This document shows positions 1-7,745 of a DNA stretch of 53,527 bases, piece after piece. Numbering within the stretch: position 1 is the first letter of the stretch; every line of letters begins with the position of its first letter. Position numbers and translations under genes: made by a program. The notes beneath the pieces are model-generated. The model had not been told where the DNA came from. It made no database searches and was given only the letters and a program-made list of their open reading frames with translations. Source of the stretch: a virus (lineage: Duplodnaviria; Caudoviricetes); the IMG/VR virus record IMGVR_UViG_3300030012_000241, positions 1-53,527 of that record; one strand, given 5' to 3'.

Positions 1-98
1 CACTATAAAGAAACTAAGTCAAATTTATTTGCTTTTAGTTGTATAGTAAAAGTTGACATGCTCCAGGTTTTTTATTATCTTTAAGACTTCATTAACTA
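1..98. repeat. Terminal direct repeat, left copy (circular assembly overlap)
   Basis: 1-98 is identical to 53428-53525; the last 2 nt of the window differ (ac vs ca). Confidence 0.95.
53..81 (+). promoter_or_regulatory. Sigma70-type early promoter, rightward
   Basis: TTGACA (53-58), 17 bp spacer, TATCTT (76-81); SD GGAG precedes ATG 114. Confidence 0.75.
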
Positions 99-113
99 CA
101 CGGAGAAAAGACG

Positions 114-425
114 ATGAAAAAATTAAATAACGTTTTGAATGTCTCGGCTATTATTAATAGTAATGGGCGAGCAGTTGCCAATCAGTATGTAATAACTACT
201 GAAGAGGGAACATACTTTAAAAGCTATGGGACTTTAATAGCAGGTTTTGTAGATGGTGGGCTTGTCATGGATAAAGACTTTTGGAATTATTCAAGGACGA
301 CAAGCAGACACAGAAACAATTTCACAGGCTTAGACACTAAAGAAACTAAGTCAAAAATAAAAGATGGTTCTATTAAACTCGTCAAACTAAATGCAGATAA
401 CCATTATGTTGGCTACGGATATTAA
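114..425 (+). CDS. Early hypothetical protein
   Basis: 103 aa ORF with SD; WNYSRTTSRHRNNF resembles small early phage proteins. Confidence 0.8.
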   Translation: MKKLNNVLNVSAIINSNGRAVANQYVITTEEGTYFKSYGTLIAGFVDGGLVMDKDFWNYSRTTSRHRNNFTGLDTKETKSKIKDGSIKLVKLNADNHYVGYGY

Positions 426-434
426 GGAGGTAGC

Positions 435-593
435 ATGAAACTTACAGAAAAACAAATATTACATATTTTAAGAAATAATCTTATTAATAAATGTAATGAG
501 AAAGAAAAAGCCCAAGTTTATGTATATGCCTTTGGCGAAGAATTTATGGCTTCTAACGATAAAGGAGTATTAAAGACGTATAAAGAATTATAA
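435..593 (+). CDS. Small early hypothetical protein, 52 aa (not in ORF track)
   Basis: AAGGAGG SD, then MKLTEKQILH...KTYKEL*, followed by a terminator. Confidence 0.75.
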   Translation: MKLTEKQILHILRNNLINKCNEKEKAQVYVYAFGEEFMASNDKGVLKTYKEL

Positions 594-609
594 AAACCAT
601 AGCAAAGAT

Positions 610-635
610 AACCCCCTTAATTGGGGGTTTTTTTT
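610..635 (+). terminator. Intrinsic terminator
   Basis: AACCCCC-ttaatt-GGGGGTT followed by a T run. Confidence 0.85.
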
Positions 636-639
636 GTCC

Positions 640-778
640 TCTATAAAGTCTATAAAGACGGCATAGACTATATAAATTTTAATAACTTAATATAATCTTT
701 TTATAATTATTTATAATTTTATCTTTAAAGACTATTTACTTATTAAATTTTATATGTTTATAATCTATATAGTCTATG
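640..778. other. AT-rich element flanked by inverted repeats (candidate origin)
   Basis: catagactatata (662-674) and tatatagtctatg (766-778) flank a very AT-rich tract; related AGTCTATAA-like units nearby. Confidence 0.35.
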
Positions 779-896
779 GCGAAATGTTAGTTTTAGTAGG
801 GTGTCATAGTGGGAAGAGAAGTCTTTGAAGCTAGTACGTACCCACCTAACATGAGAGGAAACGATTGTAGCTAATAGTTTCGCCAAAGACTTTTTT
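771..896 (+). ncRNA. Candidate structured RNA or leader
   Basis: TATAAT at 759-764; 771-784 pairs with 878-891 (13/14); internal helices; U-tract follows. Confidence 0.45.
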
Positions 897-907
897 AGGA
901 GAACGAT

Positions 908-1153
908 ATGAAAAAACAATTTAGAACTGATAGTTATGTTTTCTCAGTCGACACACAAAGTGATGACGATATGAGCAGACTAGAAGAAGTCAGAAATAGT
1001 GTTAAGCTTGTCAATAAGCATTCAATCCACAAACACTATGTCAAATGCCAAGGTCGATGGGGACGAAAGAACCCACGATACAACCATAGAACTTTTACGT
1101 TTTGTCCATTAGCTGATGCTGTTAGATGGGACGTTTACATTTATACGAGGTGA
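908..1153 (+). CDS. Early hypothetical protein
   Basis: AGGAG SD; 81 aa ORF. Confidence 0.75.
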   Translation: MKKQFRTDSYVFSVDTQSDDDMSRLEEVRNSVKLVNKHSIHKHYVKCQGRWGRKNPRYNHRTFTFCPLADAVRWDVYIYTR

Positions 1154-1157
1154 TAAT

Positions 1158-1514
1158 ATGAGTGGTTATCCTTACGTAAATAATTATTTAGAAGATATAG
1201 AACTACCAAAAGGCTGGGAGGATGTCAGCTATCATAATGATGCTCTTCCAAGTTGGATGACAAGTTCTAATCAACAAGTCGGCTACCATGTATGGATTGA
1301 TAGTTGGGACGAGGCAGAACGAAGACGGAATGCCAAAGATATTTATGGTATTAAAGATGACGAGGTATTACCTCCAAGATTTCATGTTGTGCTTGGATAT
1401 GGTGCAAGTGAAAACTTATTTATGTCTAACGATTTGTCAGAAGTTGTTGAGTGGGTTAAGAATAATCCAAAGACAAAAGAACAGTTAAAACAGACTGAGG
1501 AGGAATGCTACTAA
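1158..1514 (+). CDS. Early hypothetical protein
   Basis: ORF 1116-1514; start moved to 1158 because of the GAGGTG SD. Confidence 0.75.
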   Translation: MSGYPYVNNYLEDIELPKGWEDVSYHNDALPSWMTSSNQQVGYHVWIDSWDEAERRRNAKDIYGIKDDEVLPPRFHVVLGYGASENLFMSNDLSEVVEWVKNNPKTKEQLKQTEEECY

Positions 1515-1753
1515 TGAGTAAAATAATAGAAAATGTTTATGCAGATTACAGACAGTCTGTTGAGTTTAATATTAAAGATGAAAATATTAAATGGGAAGAT
1601 GTCAAGGATTATTCTGTGAAGTGGGACACTCTATATCTAAATATGAAAGACGGCACGATAAAAGAGTTTGACTCTTCACGTGATTGCGATGTAGATTGGA
1701 AATGGCCTGACAAGACAACAGCTTATGATACAGAAGGAGGGAAGTTAGAATGA
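1514..1753 (+). CDS. Hypothetical protein
   Basis: GAGGAGG SD; TAATG coupling with the upstream gene. Confidence 0.7.
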   Translation: MSKIIENVYADYRQSVEFNIKDENIKWEDVKDYSVKWDTLYLNMKDGTIKEFDSSRDCDVDWKWPDKTTAYDTEGGKLE

Positions 1754-2052
1754 GCCACGAAGGACATACAAGATTTTTAGAAGACAGGCTTGAGCTGGTG
1801 CAAGAAAGCCTCAGACATATACCAGGACTAGACGGCATGCGAGATGATTTGAAAGATGATTTGCTTGAGCATGTGATGTCATACGTTGAGGGCTACGAAG
1901 ATGCTGGACAGGACTATCCTATCTTACAGCTTGTCATTGAATGGTTTGTTCATAAGACAGCAGATAGTATGTCAGGTGCAGATTTAAACAAGATGGCAGA
2001 CGAATATCAAAAAGAAAAGATGCCAGCTCACTTTAGGTATTTAGTAGAATGA
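1750..2052 (+). CDS. Hypothetical protein
   Basis: ATGA coupling; AGGAGG upstream. Confidence 0.75.
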   Translation: MSHEGHTRFLEDRLELVQESLRHIPGLDGMRDDLKDDLLEHVMSYVEGYEDAGQDYPILQLVIEWFVHKTADSMSGADLNKMADEYQKEKMPAHFRYLVE

Positions 2053-2204
2053 GAAAAGCTAAACAAATAATTACAATAGACCATGTGAGAAAAGCTACAT
2101 CACAGGGTGTGGGTGGACGAGGCAGACGTATCAAGTGTGCAATGGCTACTATGAATAAACATAAGAAACGTAGCTACAAAAGATATAGAGGACAAGGCAG
2201 ATGA
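2049..2204 (+). CDS. Small basic protein, 51 aa, ending KRYRGQGR (not in ORF track)
   Basis: ATGA-coupled at both ends; MNKHKKRSYKRYRGQGR tail resembles a common marine phage peptide family (from recall). Confidence 0.75.
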   Translation: MRKAKQIITIDHVRKATSQGVGGRGRRIKCAMATMNKHKKRSYKRYRGQGR

Positions 2205-2509
2205 AAAAATTAATAACGACCAGTAAGAGACTTGCAAAAGCAAAGAACTGGAGCATGAAAGAATTAGAAAAAGAAAATAACTTTTTGTATGTAGGCGATG
2301 TAGTAATGTGGGCTGGAGCATGGGGACATGAACCCTATAAGAAAGCCAAGGTTGAAAGCATTACTGTAGTTGAACCTGGAACAAAATACGGAGACGATGT
2401 AGAAACTTTACATTGGAACTTCGTAAGAAATAGAGAATGTATTATTGGTTTAGACAACACTCATTGGTGTTGGGGCTTTCAAGTTAAGAAGGTTGACGAT
2501 GGAAAGTGA
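2201..2509 (+). CDS. Hypothetical protein
   Basis: 102 aa, coupled ORF. Confidence 0.7.
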   Translation: MKKLITTSKRLAKAKNWSMKELEKENNFLYVGDVVMWAGAWGHEPYKKAKVESITVVEPGTKYGDDVETLHWNFVRNRECIIGLDNTHWCWGFQVKKVDDGK

Positions 2510-2621
2510 AGTGTTGAATAATATCATTGGTGTTGTGTTGCTTATTGGTGCAGGTTGGTTTGCATGGGAAAGCTGCATGATAGTAGATGAAATGAAACGT
2601 AAAAGAAGGAGAAGAAAATGA
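2499..2621 (+). CDS. Small single-TM membrane protein, 40 aa (not in ORF track)
   Basis: MESEVLNNIIGVVLLIGAGWFAWESCMIVDEMKRKRRRRK; fills the gap and is ATGA-coupled to the next gene. Confidence 0.65.
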   Translation: MESEVLNNIIGVVLLIGAGWFAWESCMIVDEMKRKRRRRK

Positions 2622-3427
2622 GTATTGTAAAGCAATATGTAATGTCTCTAATAGCAGTATTGTTATTAGTTGGGTTGTCTTTTGGATTGATAGTATCTTT
2701 CAATCTAATAGAACAAGATAGAAAATATTTAATCGACAGATTAGATGAACTAGATGCAAAGTATAATACGATGCAACAACAAGTGATGGAGGCCACTAAT
2801 AAACAAGAGAAAGTTTTAATGTTAATGGCTGTCTATCGTGATGGTATTAATACTTTGAAAGAGCAAATGGACGACAATAACATTGAGCTTATTGAAAGTC
2901 TTAATGAATTGGTAGATAACCAAGAGATGATGGCTGACGACATAGAAGAGCTATCAGCCACAGGTGGATATGGTGTTATTACAGGAGAGTTAATGCCAAT
3001 GCCAGCTAATCTTGATGAGCCAATGGACGAACCATTTACAGAAGAAGACTTTGTAATTTTTGAAGAAGAGCAATTTGAAGATGGAGAATTGATAGAGGAA
3101 GAAGTAGAGGGGCAGGAAATGGTGAGTTTACCCCCTAATGAGCCATTAATACAAGAGCCTGCCCCTGTCTTCGCATGTCCTGAAAGAGACAGAAGTGTAA
3201 ACCTGGATAGGTATATACGTAGACTAGAGTTCTCTACAACAACAAGTGTTGTATTAAATTATGATGTTATTGAAGGCGAGATACAAAACATGGTCTTTAC
3301 TGAGAGTAAAGGCAACACAGGAAGAAGACTATACGAAGCATTAGAAAGATACTTACTTGATAGTGCCATGATAGTAGAGCCTGAAGGTAGAGAGTGTAGA
3401 CTACCATTTAGAATTGTAGTGGAGTAA
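2618..3427 (+). CDS. Membrane-anchored TonB-like protein
   Basis: N-terminal TM, coiled coil, acidic/Pro linker, then a C-terminal ~80 aa domain with TonB-CTD-like pattern (VVLNYDV.EGEIQN...LYEALERYL...LPFRI). Confidence 0.55.
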   Translation: MSIVKQYVMSLIAVLLLVGLSFGLIVSFNLIEQDRKYLIDRLDELDAKYNTMQQQVMEATNKQEKVLMLMAVYRDGINTLKEQMDDNNIELIESLNELVDNQEMMADDIEELSATGGYGVITGELMPMPANLDEPMDEPFTEEDFVIFEEEQFEDGELIEEEVEGQEMVSLPPNEPLIQEPAPVFACPERDRSVNLDRYIRRLEFSTTTSVVLNYDVIEGEIQNMVFTESKGNTGRRLYEALERYLLDSAMIVEPEGRECRLPFRIVVE

Positions 3428-3429
3428 TC

Positions 3430-3555
3430 ATGGAAGAACAGATAGAAGTCTATGATGGTAGTGAAGAAAGATGTATATGTGGTCGGCTGCTTTCAGAAGA
3501 CTATTGGAAAGACGAAGAAGATAATTGCTACGTCCACATGACAAAAGGATATTAG
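3430..3555 (+). CDS. Small Cys/His protein, 41 aa (not in ORF track)
   Basis: GGAG SD; CICG...CYVH possible Zn ligands. Confidence 0.65.
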   Translation: MEEQIEVYDGSEERCICGRLLSEDYWKDEEDNCYVHMTKGY

Positions 3556-3556
3556 A

Positions 3557-3778
3557 ATGGTAAATCAATTATATGTATGTAAAAGATATAAGGGCGAAGA
3601 AGAGCCTGATGTAAGAACTATATCAGTAGAGTTCTTCATACATCTTTACAACAACGATGAGCTACCTAGTCCAGATGACATGATAGTTATGTGTAGCGAA
3701 GAAGATATGTCTCTCGCTTTGTATGGAGAGAAAGATGTACCATTAGACTCTAAACCTTTAAATGGAGAAGGAATATGA
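3557..3778 (+). CDS. Hypothetical protein
   Basis: 73 aa ORF in the operon. Confidence 0.7.
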   Translation: MVNQLYVCKRYKGEEEPDVRTISVEFFIHLYNNDELPSPDDMIVMCSEEDMSLALYGEKDVPLDSKPLNGEGI

Positions 3779-3939
3779 AATTATGGATAGGACAAATAGG
3801 TAAGTTTGTTATTTACAAAAGCACAAATGCTTATGACGAGCCTTGTTATCTAGTTGATAGTGATACAGGCACAATGTATTTTGATTGTAGATGGTATAAC
3901 TTAAAGACTTTATACGGTCTTTTGAGAAAACTTACATGA
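3775..3939 (+). CDS. Hypothetical protein, 54 aa (not in ORF track)
   Basis: MKLWIGQIGK...LLRKLT*; ATGA-coupled at both ends. Confidence 0.65.
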   Translation: MKLWIGQIGKFVIYKSTNAYDEPCYLVDSDTGTMYFDCRWYNLKTLYGLLRKLT

Positions 3940-4139
3940 GCAAAGACAAGGCTGTGTTCATCACAAAAGAGATGACGTATGAGCAATACAGAAAGTTTTG
4001 TAATACAGAACATGGCCTTAATAGTTATATGGTGGAGTATGTGCAGACAGATAAAGCACATCAAAACACTTTTAAAGTTTCTGTCTTCGAGGAAGACGAA
4101 GATAAATTCAATGATTTAGTGGTTGCATTGAATTTATAA
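3936..4139 (+). CDS. Hypothetical protein
   Basis: 67 aa coupled ORF. Confidence 0.7.
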   Translation: MSKDKAVFITKEMTYEQYRKFCNTEHGLNSYMVEYVQTDKAHQNTFKVSVFEEDEDKFNDLVVALNL

Positions 4140-4152
4140 TTATGTTTATAAT
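4123..4152 (+). promoter_or_regulatory. Possible promoter for replication genes
   Basis: TTGCAT, 18 bp spacer, TATAAT upstream of ssb. Confidence 0.5.
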
Positions 4153-4182
4153 AAATCACAAATATTTTACAGGAGAATATAT

Positions 4183-4620
4183 ATGGCAGTAGTAAGTGGT
4201 AAAGCTTATTGGGCTTCAATAACTAGCCCTAACACAACGTTTGAACCAGTCTATACAGTAGACTTGGTAGTAGATGATAAGACGGCTGATGACTTTCAGG
4301 CACGTGGATATAAAGTTAAAGAACTAACTATCAACGAAGAGCCTGTGGGTAGAGCTATCACTATCAAAAGAAAAGTAAATGGAGCTGATGGTAGAACTAG
4401 AGCAGCCCCAAAACTTTTTGATAAAGATAAAGTTCCTATGGACGAAGTAGTAGGGAATGGAAGTGAAGTCAAAGTGCAATATGCTGAGTGGGAAACCTCC
4501 AACAAGTATGGCGACTTCAAAGGGCTAGACCTACAAGCAATGCAAGTCATTGATTTAGTTCAGTATAGAAGTGGTGATGGTGATGAGCTTGGCTCAGTAG
4601 AAGGTGGCGAGGAGTTCTAA
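4183..4620 (+). CDS. ssb: Single-stranded DNA-binding protein (T7 gp2.5-like)
   Basis: GKAYWA, VGNGSEVKV, LQAMQVIDLV motifs; acidic tail ending in Phe; upstream of primase. Confidence 0.85.
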   Translation: MAVVSGKAYWASITSPNTTFEPVYTVDLVVDDKTADDFQARGYKVKELTINEEPVGRAITIKRKVNGADGRTRAAPKLFDKDKVPMDEVVGNGSEVKVQYAEWETSNKYGDFKGLDLQAMQVIDLVQYRSGDGDELGSVEGGEEF

Positions 4621-4847
4621 TGATTGTTAAAATAGAAACAAGCGAAGGAACTCTTGAACATGATACAAATGCTATTAAGAACAAAGATAGCAGAGTTCAA
4701 GCAGAAGTCTTAGTAAGAAAAGTATCTACACTTGAAATTCTAAGAGAAGCATTACAAATAGCAAATGTAGTTCATCGTAAGAACTTGGAAGACATTTGTA
4801 GTGCATCACCTGAGTCTAAAGTAGAAGCCTCTACAAAAGACGAGTAA
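4620..4847 (+). CDS. Hypothetical protein
   Basis: TAATG-coupled, 75 aa. Confidence 0.7.
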   Translation: MIVKIETSEGTLEHDTNAIKNKDSRVQAEVLVRKVSTLEILREALQIANVVHRKNLEDICSASPESKVEASTKDE

Positions 4848-4880
4848 GTAATATGGTTGGCTACTCCATAAAAGTAGCAC

Positions 4881-4951
4881 GGTGTTGGGGTAAGTTATAT
4901 CGTAGTGTATATTTGTTCTCCATCTCTTGTCTCAACACCAATTTGGAGAAC
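4881..4951 (+). promoter_or_regulatory. Structured leader with anti-SD upstream of primase-helicase
   Basis: 14-bp stem 4881-4894/4926-4939 with GU pairs; loop GUUCUCCA (4915-4922) complementary to UGGAGAAC (4944-4951). Confidence 0.5.
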
Positions 4952-4953
4952 CT

Positions 4954-6609
4954 ATGAAAGAACAAAGTAAATTTAAAAAATACCATCTACCTTGTCCTGA
5001 ATGTAAAAGTTCAGATGCATTGTCAGTAAACGAAGATGGGTCAGCTAAATGTTTTAGTTGCGACAAATTCTTCCCAAAGTTTGAGCAAAACACAGATGAA
5101 TTTTATACACCAGAACCAAAGTCAGCTCCCTTGTTAAACGTTCACGGAGCATCTTTTGCATCTTTAAAAGATAGATGTATTAGTTCGGAGACTGCAAAGA
5201 AGTATGGTGTTAAAGTAGTCTATGATAGTCAGGGCGAGATAGCTCAACATATATATCCTTATTATATAAAGCATGAGCTGACAGCAAATAAAATAAGATA
5301 TACAAGAGATAAAAAGTTTTTATGCCAAGGCCAAATACAAGGCACAGGATTATTTGGTCAGCATCTATTTAAAGAAGGTGGAAAGTTTCTAACCATAACT
5401 GAAGGGGAAGTAGATGCCATGTCTGCTTATGAACTAATGGGTTCTAAGTGGGCATGTGTATCAATCAAGAGAGGAGCTGCCTCAGCAATAAGAGATATAA
5501 AAGAAAACTTAGAATATGTAGAAAGTTTTGAGAACATAGTGATATGTTTTGATGGCGACACTCCAGGTGTCAAAGCATCGAAAGAAGTTGCCTCCATTCT
5601 TAAACCTGGTAAAGCTAAGATAATGACTTTACCAAATGGATTTAAGGATGCTAATGATATGCTCAAGCAGAAAAAGTTTGAGCAATTCGTTAGAGCATGG
5701 TGGGATGCACAAGTCTTTACTCCTTCAGGTATCATAAGAGTATCTGAAAAGAAAGAACAATTCTTTCAGAGAGAAAAGAAAGAGTGTGTCCCTTATCCAT
5801 GGCAAGGACTCAACAATAAACTATATGGCTTACGACAAGGTGAGCTGCTTACATTAACAGGAGGAACTGGTCTTGGTAAGTCAAGTGTAACGAGAGAGTT
5901 AGAGCATTGGTTAATTAGAGAGACAGTAGATAACGTAGGCATTATAGCCTTGGAAGAAGATTGGAGAAGAACAGTTGATGGTGTGTTATCTATTGAAGCT
6001 AATGCTAGAATATACATAGACCAAATCCGAGATGAGTTTGATAGAACTACATTGGAGGAAATGTATGATAGAACTTTTAACACAGACAGAGTATTTGTCC
6101 ATGCTCACTTTGGCACTAATGATATTGAGTCTATTTTTTCAAAACTTAGATATTTAATAATAGGGTGTGATTGTAAGTGGGTAGTGGTAGACCACCTACA
6201 CATGTTAGTTAGTGCTGTCCATGAAGGAGATGAAAGACGAGCAATAGACTCTATTATGACTAGATTAAGAAGCATGGTTGAAGAGACAGGAGCAGGTATA
6301 ATCTTAGTGTCCCATCTTAGAAGAGTAGACGGTAACAAAGGACATGAAAACGGTATAGAAGTTTCTCTATCACATCTTAGAGGCTCTAACAGTATCGGAC
6401 AACTATCTGATTGTGTAATTGCTTTAGAAAGAAATCAACAAAGCGATGATGAATTAGTCTCTAGAACAACAAGACTTAGAATACTTAAGTCAAGATATAC
6501 AGGAGACGTAGGGCTAGCAACTAATTTAATATACGATGTTGAGACAGGCAGACTGCATGAGCAAGACCTATCAGAACTAGAACCAGATGAGCAGGAGCTG
6601 CTGTTGTGA
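4954..6609 (+). CDS. DNA primase/helicase (T7 gp4-like)
   Basis: CPEC...CFSC Zn finger, TOPRIM (EGEVDA, FDGD), Walker A GGTGLGKS, VDHLH, LRGS..I.QLSD; start at 4954 from SD. Confidence 0.95.
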   Translation: MKEQSKFKKYHLPCPECKSSDALSVNEDGSAKCFSCDKFFPKFEQNTDEFYTPEPKSAPLLNVHGASFASLKDRCISSETAKKYGVKVVYDSQGEIAQHIYPYYIKHELTANKIRYTRDKKFLCQGQIQGTGLFGQHLFKEGGKFLTITEGEVDAMSAYELMGSKWACVSIKRGAASAIRDIKENLEYVESFENIVICFDGDTPGVKASKEVASILKPGKAKIMTLPNGFKDANDMLKQKKFEQFVRAWWDAQVFTPSGIIRVSEKKEQFFQREKKECVPYPWQGLNNKLYGLRQGELLTLTGGTGLGKSSVTRELEHWLIRETVDNVGIIALEEDWRRTVDGVLSIEANARIYIDQIRDEFDRTTLEEMYDRTFNTDRVFVHAHFGTNDIESIFSKLRYLIIGCDCKWVVVDHLHMLVSAVHEGDERRAIDSIMTRLRSMVEETGAGIILVSHLRRVDGNKGHENGIEVSLSHLRGSNSIGQLSDCVIALERNQQSDDELVSRTTRLRILKSRYTGDVGLATNLIYDVETGRLHEQDLSELEPDEQELLL

Positions 6610-7745
6610 AAGTCCTCAGCCTATTCGATGGAATGAGCTGTGGTCGTATTGCCCTTGACCAATTAAATATACCAATAGATACTTATTATGCAAGTGAGAT
6701 AGATAAGTATGCCATACAAGTAACACAAGCTAACTATCCTGATACAATACAAGTCGGAGATATTTGTAATTTAGACCCTAAAGATTATCAAGATGTTGAC
6801 CTTATATTTGCAGGTTCACCATGTCAAGGTTTTTCTTTTGCAGGTAAACAGTTAGCATTTGATGACCCAAGAAGTGCTTTATTTTTTGAGTTTGTAAGAC
6901 TTCTTAAAGCCATCAAACCAAAGTATTTTTTATTAGAAAATGTAAGAATGAAGAAAGAGTTTTTAGATATAATATCTGAACAAGTATCTGAGTGCTATCC
7001 TGAAATACCTTTTGGTATAGAACCAATACTAATTAATTCTGCATTAGTCTCAGCACAGTCAAGACAAAGATACTATTGGACTAACATACCTGGAGTCAAT
7101 CAGCCAGATGATAGAGGCTTCGTGTTAAGAGATATTTTAGAAACAGAACCAAACAATTACACAATCATGTCTGATAAATTTGTTGCAAGAAACGGCAATA
7201 GAAATTGCATGATAGATAAAAATAAAAAGAAAGCCAGCAATCTATCTGCTATGGAATATGTTAAAAATGGTAGACAAGGAGACTATCTTGCATGTGATAA
7301 AAAAGGAACACCCCAGCAGGTTGGAGTAGCCGTAGATATAAATGGCCACGATATACTCAAAAGAGTTTACAGTCCTGATGGTAAATCTCCTACATTAAAT
7401 AGTATGAACGGAGGTAATCGACAACCAAAGGTTGTTAAAGGAGGTGCTTTTAGAGCTAGGTCAATAGATAAAGATGGTAATAGAGTTGCATGGAAAGAAG
7501 TAAAACCAAAACAAATGTTAGAACTAAGAAAAGATGATAAGTCAAACACAGTATCAAGTGTGTCAAAGGATAGTTTGGTGGTAGAAGACTTGTCCTGGAG
7601 AAAGCTAACACCCTTAGAGTGTGAAAGGCTGCAAACAGTTCCTGATAATTATACAAACCATGTTTCTAATACACAAAGATATAAGATGCTTGGCAATGGT
7701 TGGACGGTAGAAGTTATTAAGCATATATTAAAAGGGATGCAATGA
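6606..7745 (+). CDS. C5-cytosine DNA methyltransferase
   Basis: LSLFDG (motif I), GSPCQGFS (catalytic PC), ENV, Q.R.RYY, RKLTPLECERLQ, LGNG. Confidence 0.93.
   Translation: MKVLSLFDGMSCGRIALDQLNIPIDTYYASEIDKYAIQVTQANYPDTIQVGDICNLDPKDYQDVDLIFAGSPCQGFSFAGKQLAFDDPRSALFFEFVRLLKAIKPKYFLLENVRMKKEFLDIISEQVSECYPEIPFGIEPILINSALVSAQSRQRYYWTNIPGVNQPDDRGFVLRDILETEPNNYTIMSDKFVARNGNRNCMIDKNKKKASNLSAMEYVKNGRQGDYLACDKKGTPQQVGVAVDINGHDILKRVYSPDGKSPTLNSMNGGNRQPKVVKGGAFRARSIDKDGNRVAWKEVKPKQMLELRKDDKSNTVSSVSKDSLVVEDLSWRKLTPLECERLQTVPDNYTNHVSNTQRYKMLGNGWTVEVIKHILKGMQ

Noticed and set aside
1-98. Terminal repeat as biological DTR
   Set aside because: The ~100 bp length and position across the early promoters fit an assembler overlap better
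771-896. Known riboswitch, ribozyme or tRNA
   Set aside because: No hammerhead core, B12 box or cloverleaf found; kept only as an unknown structured RNA
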